In this document: in pieces, positions 47,792 through 55,930 of the stretch | Numbering within the stretch: the stretch's first letter is position 1 | How the letters are laid out: the number at the start of each line of letters is the position of its first letter | Source: Faecousia sp. | GTDB lineage: Bacteria; Bacillota; Clostridia; Oscillospirales; Oscillospiraceae | DNA: 64,000 nt | NCBI GenBank assembly: GCA_045659925.1 | Contig: JAZRCV010000042.1 | Coordinates: forward strand, 4,137 to 68,136 | Reading direction: 5' to 3' | The notes under the pieces: generated by a model | Told to the model about the DNA's origin: nothing | What the model saw: the letters and a program-made list of their open reading frames with translations, nothing else | The model's database searches: none | Made by a program: the position numbers and the translations under genes

Positions 47792-48384
47792 TATGTTATC
47801 GCTCCACGCATATAGGGGTTAAGCTTTCGTTCCCGGTCCAGTGTGGTGGCCTCGCCATGGCCGGGAAATACGGAATAATCCCCCTCTAATTCATACAGTT
47901 TTCGCAGCGACCGGTACATTTCCCGATAATCGCCGCCGGGTAAGTCCACCCTGCCGCAGGTATCCCGGAACAGGGTATCGCCGCTGAAGAGCCACTGCCC
48001 CGCCAGAAGGCAGCTGGATCCCGGCGTATGGCCGGGGGTGTGCAAAACCTTCATGACAATGGGGCCAAAGGTGATGGTTTCTCCATCCTGAAGGAAATTT
48101 GTGCAGGCAATGGGGCCAAGGGTGTATTCCGGCGGCAGCTTGGTATCCTCTTCAGCAAGGTACACCGGGCAGCCATAGGCCTGCACCAGTCCCTTCACCG
48201 CTCCCACATGGTCAAAATGGCCATGGGTCAGCACCACCCCACGGGGCACCACATTTAATTCCTCCAAGCGGGCAAGAATACGCTCGGCATAGTAACCGGG
48301 ATCAATGACAACACCGTCATTCCCATCCCAGATGATATAACAGTTGGTCTGATACAGGCCCAACGCCATGGTTTCCATCTGCAT
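47791..48384 (-). CDS. MBL-fold metallo-hydrolase (glyoxalase II-like)
   Basis: 197 aa with the LTHGHFDHVG motif. Confidence 0.8.
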   Translation of the reverse strand: MQMETMALGLYQTNCYIIWDGNDGVVIDPGYYAERILARLEELNVVPRGVVLTHGHFDHVGAVKGLVQAYGCPVYLAEEDTKLPPEYTLGPIACTNFLQDGETITFGPIVMKVLHTPGHTPGSSCLLAGQWLFSGDTLFRDTCGRVDLPGGDYREMYRSLRKLYELEGDYSVFPGHGEATTLDRERKLNPYMRGAIT

Positions 48385-48398
48385 GGCTGCTTCTCCCG

Positions 48399-48860
48399 TT
48401 ATCTTCTTGACTCCATCAGCTCATTCGAATCCAGAATGAGGGTGACGGGGCCATCGTTGAGGGATTCCACCTTCATATCCGCGCCGAATTCACCATGCTG
48501 CGGCGGGAAACCCAGTTCTTCACAGTCTGCAAGGAACTGCTCATACAAGGGGATTGCAATCTCGGGGGGTGCTGCGCCCACAAAGCTGGGACGGCGACCC
48601 TTGCGGCAATCGCCATAAAGGGTGAACTGGCTCACCACCAGCACACTGCCCCCAATATCGGCAAGGCCAAGATTCATCTTGCCGTTTTCATCCTCGAAAA
48701 CCCGAAGACCAAGGATCTTTTCTGCCAATTTTCTGCCGTGCTGAGGGGTATCGTTGGGGCCGACACCCAAAAGGATCAGAAATCCACGGTCAATGCTGCC
48801 GTTGACAGTGCCGTCAATGGTAACGCTTGCACTGGATACTCTGGTAACAACTGCTTTCAT
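48399..48860 (-). CDS. dtd: D-aminoacyl-tRNA deacylase
   Basis: 153 aa. MKAVVTRVSSASVTIDG...VSQFTLYGD...GRRPSF...NDGPVT. Confidence 0.9.
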   Translation of the reverse strand: MKAVVTRVSSASVTIDGTVNGSIDRGFLILLGVGPNDTPQHGRKLAEKILGLRVFEDENGKMNLGLADIGGSVLVVSQFTLYGDCRKGRRPSFVGAAPPEIAIPLYEQFLADCEELGFPPQHGEFGADMKVESLNDGPVTLILDSNELMESRR

Positions 48861-48923
48861 AATGCAGCCTCCTGATAGTCATAATATGTGTTTTTCATTG
48901 CCGCCATGCCGGGCGGCACAATG

Positions 48924-51119
48924 TCATTGCTGGCCTCTTCTTACATCCAGCACACCGGAAATGCAGCGGATGCGATAAAGCACCGCTTCCAGGCCCTTGA
49001 CATTATTGACCTCAAAGGTCACGGTAAACAGCACCTTGCCGTCAGGCAGGTTCTTGCCGGTGATCTCAGAAACATGCACCTTGGAGGTGGAAAGCACTGT
49101 GGCAAGATCCAGCAGCATATTGGTGCGGTCCAGGGTGCGCACCTCCAGAGAGGTGGAGAAGACCTTGCTGCTGTCGCAGGACCATTCCACATTCACCCAG
49201 CGGCCCGCATTCTGGGGATCCGCCATGGAACGCACATTGACGCAGTCCCGGCGATGAACGGAAACGCCGTTGCCTTTGGTGATAAAGCCCACGATATCGT
49301 CTCCCGGTACCGGGGTGCAGCAGCGGGAGAATTTGATCATGCAGGAATCCACACCATCGACAATGATGCCCGAGTCCTTGTGCCGATCCTTGGTGGTTGC
49401 AGTGTTTTCCCGTACGGCCTCTTTGGCAGCCTCCCGGGCTGCATCCTTCGCTGCCCGATTGGCATGAAGCAGGTCATCCCGGATGCGGTTCACCGCCTTG
49501 ACAGCGGACAGGCCGCCATAGCCGATGGCTGCAAACATATCATCCAGGGAATCAAAGCTGCTGCGCTTGAGAAGTAATGCAATCAGCTCCTCATCCTGCC
49601 AAAGAACATTGGGCTGTATGCTCATATGCCGCAATTCGCCCTCAAAGCTGGCGCGGCCATGCATAATATTCTCATCTCTGCGCTCCCGCTTGAACCACTG
49701 CTTGATTTTAATGCGTGCCTGGTTGGAATGGCAAACCTTCAGCCAGTCACGGCTGGGGCCCCGGGCACTCTTGGAGGTGATGACCTCGCAGATATCGCCG
49801 TTTTTCAGGCGCTGGTCATAGGGCGCAATGCGATTGTTGATCTTGGCACCCACCATGGTATTGCCGATGGCGGAGTGAATGGCATAGGCAAAGTCGATGG
49901 GCGTGGAACCGGAGGGCAGGGAGATGACCTTGCCCTTGGGGGTAAAGACAAACACCTCATCGTCAAACATATCCACCTTCAAAGAGTGGATATAGTCCTC
50001 CGCATCCACTTCCTGCTGATTTTCAAGCAGGCGGCGTACCCATTCGAATTCCTTCTCGTCCCCACGGCCTGCAATGCCGTCTTTGTACTTCCAGTGGGCA
50101 GCAATGCCGTATTCTGCCGTCTCATGCATCTCCCAGGTGCGGATCTGCACCTCAAAGGGAATGCCTTGCCGGCCGATGACCGTGGTATGAAGGGACTGGT
50201 ACATATTGGGCTTGGGGGTAGAAATATAGTCCTTGAATCTACCCGGTACGATGTTATACAAATCGTGAATATGGCCCAGCACATTATAGCAATCGGGAAT
50301 GGTGTCCACGATGACCCGGAAAGCAAAGAGATCATAGAGCTCATCGATGGACTTGTTCTGGCTCTTCATCTTGCGATAGATGGAGTAAACATGCTTAACG
50401 CGGCCACTGATGGAACCGCGAATGCCTGCCTCAGTAAGGCGCTGGGAAATGTTCTCCTGAATGGCCTGAACGAATTCCTCAGATTCAGAATGATGGGCAT
50501 CCAGATAATCGATCAGTTCCTGATAACCCTTGGGATCCAGATACTTTAAGCTGGTATCCTCCAGTTCCCACTTGATCCTCTGCATACCAAGGCGATGTGC
50601 CAGGGGGGCATAAATATCCATCGTCTCCATAGATTTGGAGATCTGCTTGGCAGGGGTTTGGTACTGCATGGTGCGGGTATTGTGCAGACGGTCTGCGATC
50701 TTGATAAGGATCACACGGATGTCCTTGCTCATGGCCATGAACATCTTGCGAAGATTCTCCATCTGCTGCTCTTCCAAAGAGGAATACTCCACTCTCGTCA
50801 GCTTGGTAACCCCCTCCACAAGATCCGCCACGGCGGGTCCAAAGAGGTGGGAGATATCACTGTGATTGGTGTCGGTATCCTCAATGCAGTCATGCAGCAG
50901 TGCACCTAAAATCGAATCTGTATCCAGACCGTTTTCCACCACGATCTGGGCCACTGCCAGAGGGTGGATAATATAGGGAGAGCCATCCTTGCGCTTCTGG
51001 TTGCAATGCTTCTTATCGGCATATTCCACCGCGCGGTTGATCCGCTCCATGTCCACATTGGGCGTATATTTTGCTATGGCTTCCAGCAAAGAGTCATAAT
51101 GCTCCTGAAAAGTTTCCAT
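48924..51119 (-). CDS. relA: Bifunctional (p)ppGpp synthetase/hydrolase
   Basis: 731 aa with an HD domain (HPLAVA...HDCIEDT), a synthetase domain (YRSLHTTV-like QSLHTTVIG), TGS and ACT regions. Confidence 0.95.
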   Translation of the reverse strand: METFQEHYDSLLEAIAKYTPNVDMERINRAVEYADKKHCNQKRKDGSPYIIHPLAVAQIVVENGLDTDSILGALLHDCIEDTDTNHSDISHLFGPAVADLVEGVTKLTRVEYSSLEEQQMENLRKMFMAMSKDIRVILIKIADRLHNTRTMQYQTPAKQISKSMETMDIYAPLAHRLGMQRIKWELEDTSLKYLDPKGYQELIDYLDAHHSESEEFVQAIQENISQRLTEAGIRGSISGRVKHVYSIYRKMKSQNKSIDELYDLFAFRVIVDTIPDCYNVLGHIHDLYNIVPGRFKDYISTPKPNMYQSLHTTVIGRQGIPFEVQIRTWEMHETAEYGIAAHWKYKDGIAGRGDEKEFEWVRRLLENQQEVDAEDYIHSLKVDMFDDEVFVFTPKGKVISLPSGSTPIDFAYAIHSAIGNTMVGAKINNRIAPYDQRLKNGDICEVITSKSARGPSRDWLKVCHSNQARIKIKQWFKRERRDENIMHGRASFEGELRHMSIQPNVLWQDEELIALLLKRSSFDSLDDMFAAIGYGGLSAVKAVNRIRDDLLHANRAAKDAAREAAKEAVRENTATTKDRHKDSGIIVDGVDSCMIKFSRCCTPVPGDDIVGFITKGNGVSVHRRDCVNVRSMADPQNAGRWVNVEWSCDSSKVFSTSLEVRTLDRTNMLLDLATVLSTSKVHVSEITGKNLPDGKVLFTVTFEVNNVKGLEAVLYRIRCISGVLDVRRGQQ

Positions 51120-51122
51120 GGC

Positions 51123-53189
51123 TTACCTTCTTTCCATACACTCGTTGAGATAGCGGATGACGCTGCTCTGATTCAGGTCAACCTTGCTTCCATCTGAGGT
51201 AATGCGAATATGTAAATATTTGGGATGGAGCTGCAATTCAATCAGCCCCATTTCATGAAATGCATCCAGACATACGCGGGTACGCATCAGAGAACACATG
51301 GTACCGGCGCCGTGGGCAATCTTCCGGCACAGGCACTCCGCATTTTCCACCACAACACCGGCGCTGTGGTTGGAAATGAGATAGCGCCACACCAGAGCAA
51401 ACTCACCCCGGCTGGGAAGCAGCATTCTCGCCTCTTCCGGGGAGATTCTCTGGCGATCCCGGCAGCGGCTATATACCGCGTCCTCCGCCTGATTATTTTC
51501 CCGCTCATTTCGGCAGGGCCGCAGATCAACAACATTGAGCTGCACAGAGCTCATGCCCCGGAACTCATTTACCTGCGGGGTAAAGGCCACATCAATGTAG
51601 TCGCCCTGTGCCACCGCAGCCTGACGGGCCGTGGTGGAGAAGAAGATAGCTGCAATGCTCATACCTTGGTCTGTGCGAAGGCGCAGACGCAGATGCTTGC
51701 CGCCTCCCACCTCGCTGAGCTGCTCCACATACAAATGCTCCATGCAGAATATCGGCCGGGGACAGCCGCAGCCGCAGGGCTCCAGCTGTGCAAGTGAGGC
51801 CACATTATCAAGGGTCAGAAGCTGGGGAGAAATGCTGCAGTCGATTTCCAGTGCAGCCTTTGCCTCGCCGGATTCCACAAACTCCCAGGCAAGGCGGGAA
51901 ACTTCATTTCTAAAATCATCAATTCTATCCCGGCGGATGGTAAAGCCTGCCGCCAGCTCATGGCCGCCATAGCTCTCCAAAAGGCCTGAAAGTGTCGTCA
52001 GACCGGCAAAGAGGTTAAACCCGCCGTAAGAGCGGGAGGACGCCTTGCCTTTGTCTCCATCGAGACAAATCAGGAAAGTGGGGCAGGAATATTCCTCTGC
52101 CATGCGGGAAGCTACAATACCCACCACACCCTGATGCCAGTTTTCTCCCGCAAGCACAATGGCATTGGGCTTTTCGGTGGCATTGAGGCGGGCAACTGCA
52201 TCCTGATAAATTTCAGATTCAATGGCCTGCCGCTGACGATTCAGGCGGCAGAGGGTGGCTGCCTTCTTTGCCGCACATGCCGGATCATTGGTCATAAACA
52301 GCTCTACAGCCACTTCCACCTGACCCATACGCCCTGCTGCATTGATGCGGGGTGCCAGCACATAGCCTACGGTACCTGCCGTCACACTGCCCGGCTCACA
52401 GCCGCATTCTTTCAAAAGCGCTGCAATGCCCGCCCGCTTGGGGTGGGACAGGGCTTCAAGACCTTTGGCGACGAAGGTGCGGTTCTCGCCCCGCAGATTC
52501 ATCACATCCGCAATCACACCAAGGCACACCAGATCGCCATAGCGTTCCAGCATCGCCTCCTGATCTCCTGCAAGGGCAGCCGCCAGCTTGAAGGCCACAC
52601 CAACGCCACAAAGATCCGTGTGGGGATAGGTGCGATCCAAACGATGGGGGTTCACCACCGCGCAGGCATCGGGCAGATCCAGCTTGCATTCATGGTGATC
52701 TGTAATGATCAGATCAATGCCCAATTCCCGGCATAGCTCCGCCTCTGCTGTGGCAGTGATGCCGCAGTCAACTGTAATAATCAGTTTCACCTGCTCCCGG
52801 TGGAGATGGCGCACCGCCATTTCATTGAGGCCGTAGCCCTCTTCCAGGCGGCCGGGGATATAGCTGATGCAATGTGCCCCCTGACTGCGCAGAAAATCCA
52901 CCAGCAAACAGGTCGCAGTGATGCCGTCTACATCATAGTCGCCGTAAACTGCAATTTTTTCCCCTCTGCGAAGGGCCTCACGGACACGGGCTACCGCCCG
53001 GTCCATTTCACGAAGGGCAAAGGGATCACACAAAGGCAGATCGCAGCGCAGGAAATTGCGGGCTGACTCCGCTGTGTTGTAGCCCCTGCTGGACAGCACC
53101 CGGGCTGTCAGAGGTGAAAAACCAGCTCTGCACAGACCCTTTACCGCTTCGGATTCATAAAACGATATATCCCAGATTCCGTACTTCAT
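51123..53189 (-). CDS. recJ: Single-stranded-DNA-specific exonuclease RecJ
   Basis: 688 aa with DHH motifs (VYGDYDVDGITA, ITDHH) and DHHA1 (YGGHELAAG). Confidence 0.95.
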   Translation of the reverse strand: MKYGIWDISFYESEAVKGLCRAGFSPLTARVLSSRGYNTAESARNFLRCDLPLCDPFALREMDRAVARVREALRRGEKIAVYGDYDVDGITATCLLVDFLRSQGAHCISYIPGRLEEGYGLNEMAVRHLHREQVKLIITVDCGITATAEAELCRELGIDLIITDHHECKLDLPDACAVVNPHRLDRTYPHTDLCGVGVAFKLAAALAGDQEAMLERYGDLVCLGVIADVMNLRGENRTFVAKGLEALSHPKRAGIAALLKECGCEPGSVTAGTVGYVLAPRINAAGRMGQVEVAVELFMTNDPACAAKKAATLCRLNRQRQAIESEIYQDAVARLNATEKPNAIVLAGENWHQGVVGIVASRMAEEYSCPTFLICLDGDKGKASSRSYGGFNLFAGLTTLSGLLESYGGHELAAGFTIRRDRIDDFRNEVSRLAWEFVESGEAKAALEIDCSISPQLLTLDNVASLAQLEPCGCGCPRPIFCMEHLYVEQLSEVGGGKHLRLRLRTDQGMSIAAIFFSTTARQAAVAQGDYIDVAFTPQVNEFRGMSSVQLNVVDLRPCRNERENNQAEDAVYSRCRDRQRISPEEARMLLPSRGEFALVWRYLISNHSAGVVVENAECLCRKIAHGAGTMCSLMRTRVCLDAFHEMGLIELQLHPKYLHIRITSDGSKVDLNQSSVIRYLNECMERR

Positions 53190-53222
53190 TCCAAATCCTC
53201 ATCCGAATTTTTATTTTTTAAT

Positions 53223-53251
53223 ATTATAGCAATTTTTGCAGCATTTCTCAA
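53223..53251 (-). promoter_or_regulatory. Sigma-A type promoter for the recJ-relA-... operon
   Basis: On the minus strand: TTGAGA, 17-nt spacer, then TATAAT, about 35 nt upstream of the recJ ATG. Confidence 0.6.
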
Positions 53252-53283
53252 GACGGCCAAGGTGCTTTTTTATATCCAAATTA

Positions 53284-53318
53284 TAAAAAATCGCCTCCGG
53301 ATCTGATCCGAAGGCGAT
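53284..53318 (-). terminator. Rho-independent terminator (minus strand)
   Basis: The minus strand reads atcgccttcggatc aga tccggaggcgat followed by tttttta. Lies downstream of the 118-aa gene. Confidence 0.75.
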
Positions 53319-53347
53319 AAGATTTGTCTTGATTTCAAAGGGAAAAC

Positions 53348-53704
53348 TCATTTCGACTCATGCAGCAGCATCAGCGACAGCGCCATAGATGCCGCAGACG
53401 CAGCCAGCAGTGCTGCACGGCGGTAAAAACCGGTGCGAATGCGCTCTGCCCGGATGCTTCCTCTGCGCTCTTCCTGGGTAACAGGCTGTGCCAGAAGGGC
53501 CATCATCTGCTCGATACGAGCCTCGTCACCGGTCAGTGCAAAGCAGGCCTGGAGCAGGTCTTCGTCATAGTCATAGGTAAATTCAAAGCTGCCAAAGGCA
53601 TCGTCCCCGGCTGCTTTTTCAACGCGTCCCCGCAGCACACGGGCAGAAACGGGATCAGTTTCAACAAAAACCGTTTTCGTGGTCAGAACCGTAATGGGAT
53701 TCAT
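53348..53704 (-). CDS. Hypothetical tail-anchored small protein
   Basis: 118 aa with a soluble acidic N-domain and a single C-terminal hydrophobic helix (AALLAASAASMALSLMLL). I recognised no family. Confidence 0.45.
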   Translation of the reverse strand: MNPITVLTTKTVFVETDPVSARVLRGRVEKAAGDDAFGSFEFTYDYDEDLLQACFALTGDEARIEQMMALLAQPVTQEERRGSIRAERIRTGFYRRAALLAASAASMALSLMLLHESK

Positions 53705-53731
53705 AGGATAACACTCCTTGTCTCTTTGTGT

Positions 53732-54163
53732 TTATTTCTCATTTGCAGTATTACCGGCACATTTTCTCTCACGGAACCGTTGAAAAAGCCACAGCAAAAC
53801 TGCCGCCGCCAGAATTCCGGAAAAATCCACCCAGACATCGCTCACCTGACTGCTTCGTCCCATCACAAACAGCTGGATGGTCTCATCGCAAAGCGCACAC
53901 AGCAGCCCCGCCAGAAGCATCTGCACATTCGGGCCCTTCAAACTTTTCCCAAGAAAGACGCCTAAAATCGCAAATTCCCCAAAATGCGCCAGTTTTCTCA
54001 AAAGATGCTCGGTCAAAAAAGGAAAAATCTGCACCAAAAGGTAGAGCAGCCCTCCGCTTTCCGCCTGACTGACCGGCGCCGGCATGGCCGACTGGGAGAA
54101 AATCAGCAGCAGCCAAAGCCCACAGGCAAGCCGCCAAAGCCACAATGGACAGGTATTTTTCAA
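53732..54163 (-). CDS. VanZ-like family membrane protein
   Basis: LRKLAHFGEFAILGV and CDETIQLFVMGRSSQVSDVWVDFSG match VanZ motifs. A TTG start at 54163 sits behind ggaaggagggg. The ORF-track ATG at 54292 has no RBS. Confidence 0.6.
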   Translation of the reverse strand: MKNTCPLWLWRLACGLWLLLIFSQSAMPAPVSQAESGGLLYLLVQIFPFLTEHLLRKLAHFGEFAILGVFLGKSLKGPNVQMLLAGLLCALCDETIQLFVMGRSSQVSDVWVDFSGILAAAVLLWLFQRFRERKCAGNTANEK

Positions 54164-54445
54164 ATACAGCCCCTCCTTCCGGTCGCCAATCTGCGGCTTC
54201 TTTACTCTATCATGAAACACTGCAAATTTCCACCGTTTTTTCCGGTACCGGAAGAAATCCCTCCCCCGCCCTTCCCACAGCTCGCCATCCATAGATATAG
54301 AGCTTAACAGGATATTTTGGCACAGTTCCCTGCATTTCCCGCACTTTTTCGATGTAAATCAAAAGAAGCTCCGTTTTTCCTTTTCTCTTTTGTCCGTCAT
54401 TTTTCCGCATCACCAAAAGAAATACAGCTTTTTTCTAAAAAATCA

Positions 54446-54474
54446 TTGATTTTACACGCCATTTGGAGTATGAT
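54446..54474 (+). promoter_or_regulatory. Candidate sigma-A promoter for the hydrogenase operon
   Basis: TTGATT, 17-nt spacer, then TATGAT. Leaves a leader of about 120 nt. Confidence 0.35.
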
Positions 54475-54574
54475 AATATCGGTATGGCTTATTCGATAAA
54501 AATCATTCGATATGACCACTTCTGGGCCCGCTTTTCGTCAACTGAAGCCCGCGCAGAACCATACCACCCGATTC

Positions 54575-54594
54575 GTGTGAAAAACTTTTTACAG
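54575..54594 (+). promoter_or_regulatory. Candidate Rex-type operator (imperfect palindrome) abutting the hydC RBS
   Basis: GTGTGAA-AAACTT-TTTACAG compared with the published Rex consensus TTGTGAA-N6-TTCACAA, giving 11 of 14 specified positions. Confidence 0.3.
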
Positions 54595-54599
54595 GAGGA

Positions 54600-55103
54600 A
54601 TGATGAAAAGTATGGCTTGCAAACATGAAACGGTTCCCTTCCGTGGGACAAAGGAGCAGGAAGCTGCCCTGATGGCTGTCATCAACGAGTATAAGGACAC
54701 TCCCGGTGCTCTGATGCCCATCTTGCAGAAAGCACAGGACATTTATGGTTATCTCCCCATTGAGGTTCAGACCATGATCTCCGACGAAACCGGTATCCCC
54801 ATGGAGAAGATCTATGGCGTTGCCACCTTCTACGCTCAGTTCTCTCTGGAGCCCAAGGGCAAGTACCGCATCTCTGTCTGCCTCGGTACCGCTTGCTACG
54901 TCAAGGGCGCTCAGGAAATCTACGACAAGCTCAAGGAGCTGCTGGGTGTTGGTGACGGCGGCTGCACCCCCGACGGCAAGTTCTCTCTGGATGCCTGCCG
55001 CTGCATCGGTGCCTGCGGTCTGGCTCCCGTTATGACGATCAATGACGATGTCTACGGTCGTCTCACCACGGATATGCTTCCGGACATTCTGGCTAAGTAT
55101 TAA
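54600..55103 (+). CDS. hydC: NuoE-like [2Fe-2S] subunit of HydABC-type hydrogenase (HydC)
   Basis: 167 aa with a thioredoxin-like 2Fe-2S motif: VCLGTACYVKG...LDACRCIGACGLAPV. The start is ambiguous between ATG at 54600, 54603 and 54612. Confidence 0.85.
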   Translation: MMKSMACKHETVPFRGTKEQEAALMAVINEYKDTPGALMPILQKAQDIYGYLPIEVQTMISDETGIPMEKIYGVATFYAQFSLEPKGKYRISVCLGTACYVKGAQEIYDKLKELLGVGDGGCTPDGKFSLDACRCIGACGLAPVMTINDDVYGRLTTDMLPDILAKY

Positions 55104-55117
55104 TTTGGTGGCATTTT

Positions 55118-55465
55118 ATGAAGTTTGAACAGATCAGACAGATTCTCAATGCGCAGGTTGTGTGCTGTGAGGAGCATATGGCTACAGAAGCCAGTGCTGC
55201 TGCCTATGCCAGCGATATGATGAGCGATGTGCTGGCCTTCGTTACCGACCAGACCGTTCTGCTGACCGGTCTTGTCAACGAGCAGGTCATCCGCACCGCC
55301 GCCATGCTGGACATGCGCTGCATCATTCTGGTTCGCAGCAAGCAGCCTACTCCCGGCATGATTCAGCTTGCAAAGCAAAATGACATTGCAATCATGACCA
55401 CCGGATTCAATCTCTATGAATCCTGCGGTATGCTTTACAGCAACGGTCTGAAGGAAGGTTGTTGA
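55118..55465 (+). CDS. DRTGG-domain protein (copy 1)
   Basis: 115 aa. ASDMMSDVLAFVTDQTVLLTGLVNEQVIRTAAMLDMRCIILVRSKQP is the DRTGG-type pattern. The canonical DRTGG residues read as LLTGL here. Confidence 0.65.
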   Translation: MKFEQIRQILNAQVVCCEEHMATEASAAAYASDMMSDVLAFVTDQTVLLTGLVNEQVIRTAAMLDMRCIILVRSKQPTPGMIQLAKQNDIAIMTTGFNLYESCGMLYSNGLKEGC

Positions 55466-55469
55466 AGCA

Positions 55470-55892
55470 ATGTCGGATGCGTTGAAGTTTGAGTATAAGA
55501 TCAGCGGCGAAAATTTTGCCTCCGCAGGTGAAGCCACCATGCGGATCAAAAAAGAACTTCGCTCGCTCGGCTTTTCCCCTGCACTGATCCGTCGCGTCTC
55601 CATCGCAATGTATGAAGGCGAGATCAATATGGTCATCCATGCCGGAGGCGGTGTGGCCACCGTGCTGGTCGATCCCCAGTGCGTTGAGATTACATTGGCA
55701 GACCAGGGTCCCGGCATCGCTGACATCAGCCTTGCCATGCAGGAAGGCTACACCACCGCACCCGATGCCATCCGCTCCTTTGGCTTTGGCGCAGGCATGG
55801 GCCTGCCCAACATGAAGAAGTACACCGATGACATGAGGATCGAATCCGAACTGAACAAAGGTACCACCGTATACATGAAAATCAATGCCTGA
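55470..55892 (+). CDS. Small GHKL-superfamily ATPase resembling anti-sigma Ser/Thr kinases (RsbW/SpoIIAB-like)
   Basis: 140 aa with N-box EGEINMVIHA, G1 DQGPGI and G2 GFGAGMGLPN. There is no HisKA/dimerisation domain. Confidence 0.7.
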   Translation: MSDALKFEYKISGENFASAGEATMRIKKELRSLGFSPALIRRVSIAMYEGEINMVIHAGGGVATVLVDPQCVEITLADQGPGIADISLAMQEGYTTAPDAIRSFGFGAGMGLPNMKKYTDDMRIESELNKGTTVYMKINA

Positions 55893-55930
55893 TCACGCTC
55901 TTGTGGCGTTTTTGGGCCGAATGAGGACAT

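Noticed and set aside
54210-54499. 60-aa and 68-aa ORFs in the region upstream of the hydrogenase operon
   Set aside because: Neither has an RBS or recognisable features, and both overlap the probable promoter and leader. They are treated as non-coding.
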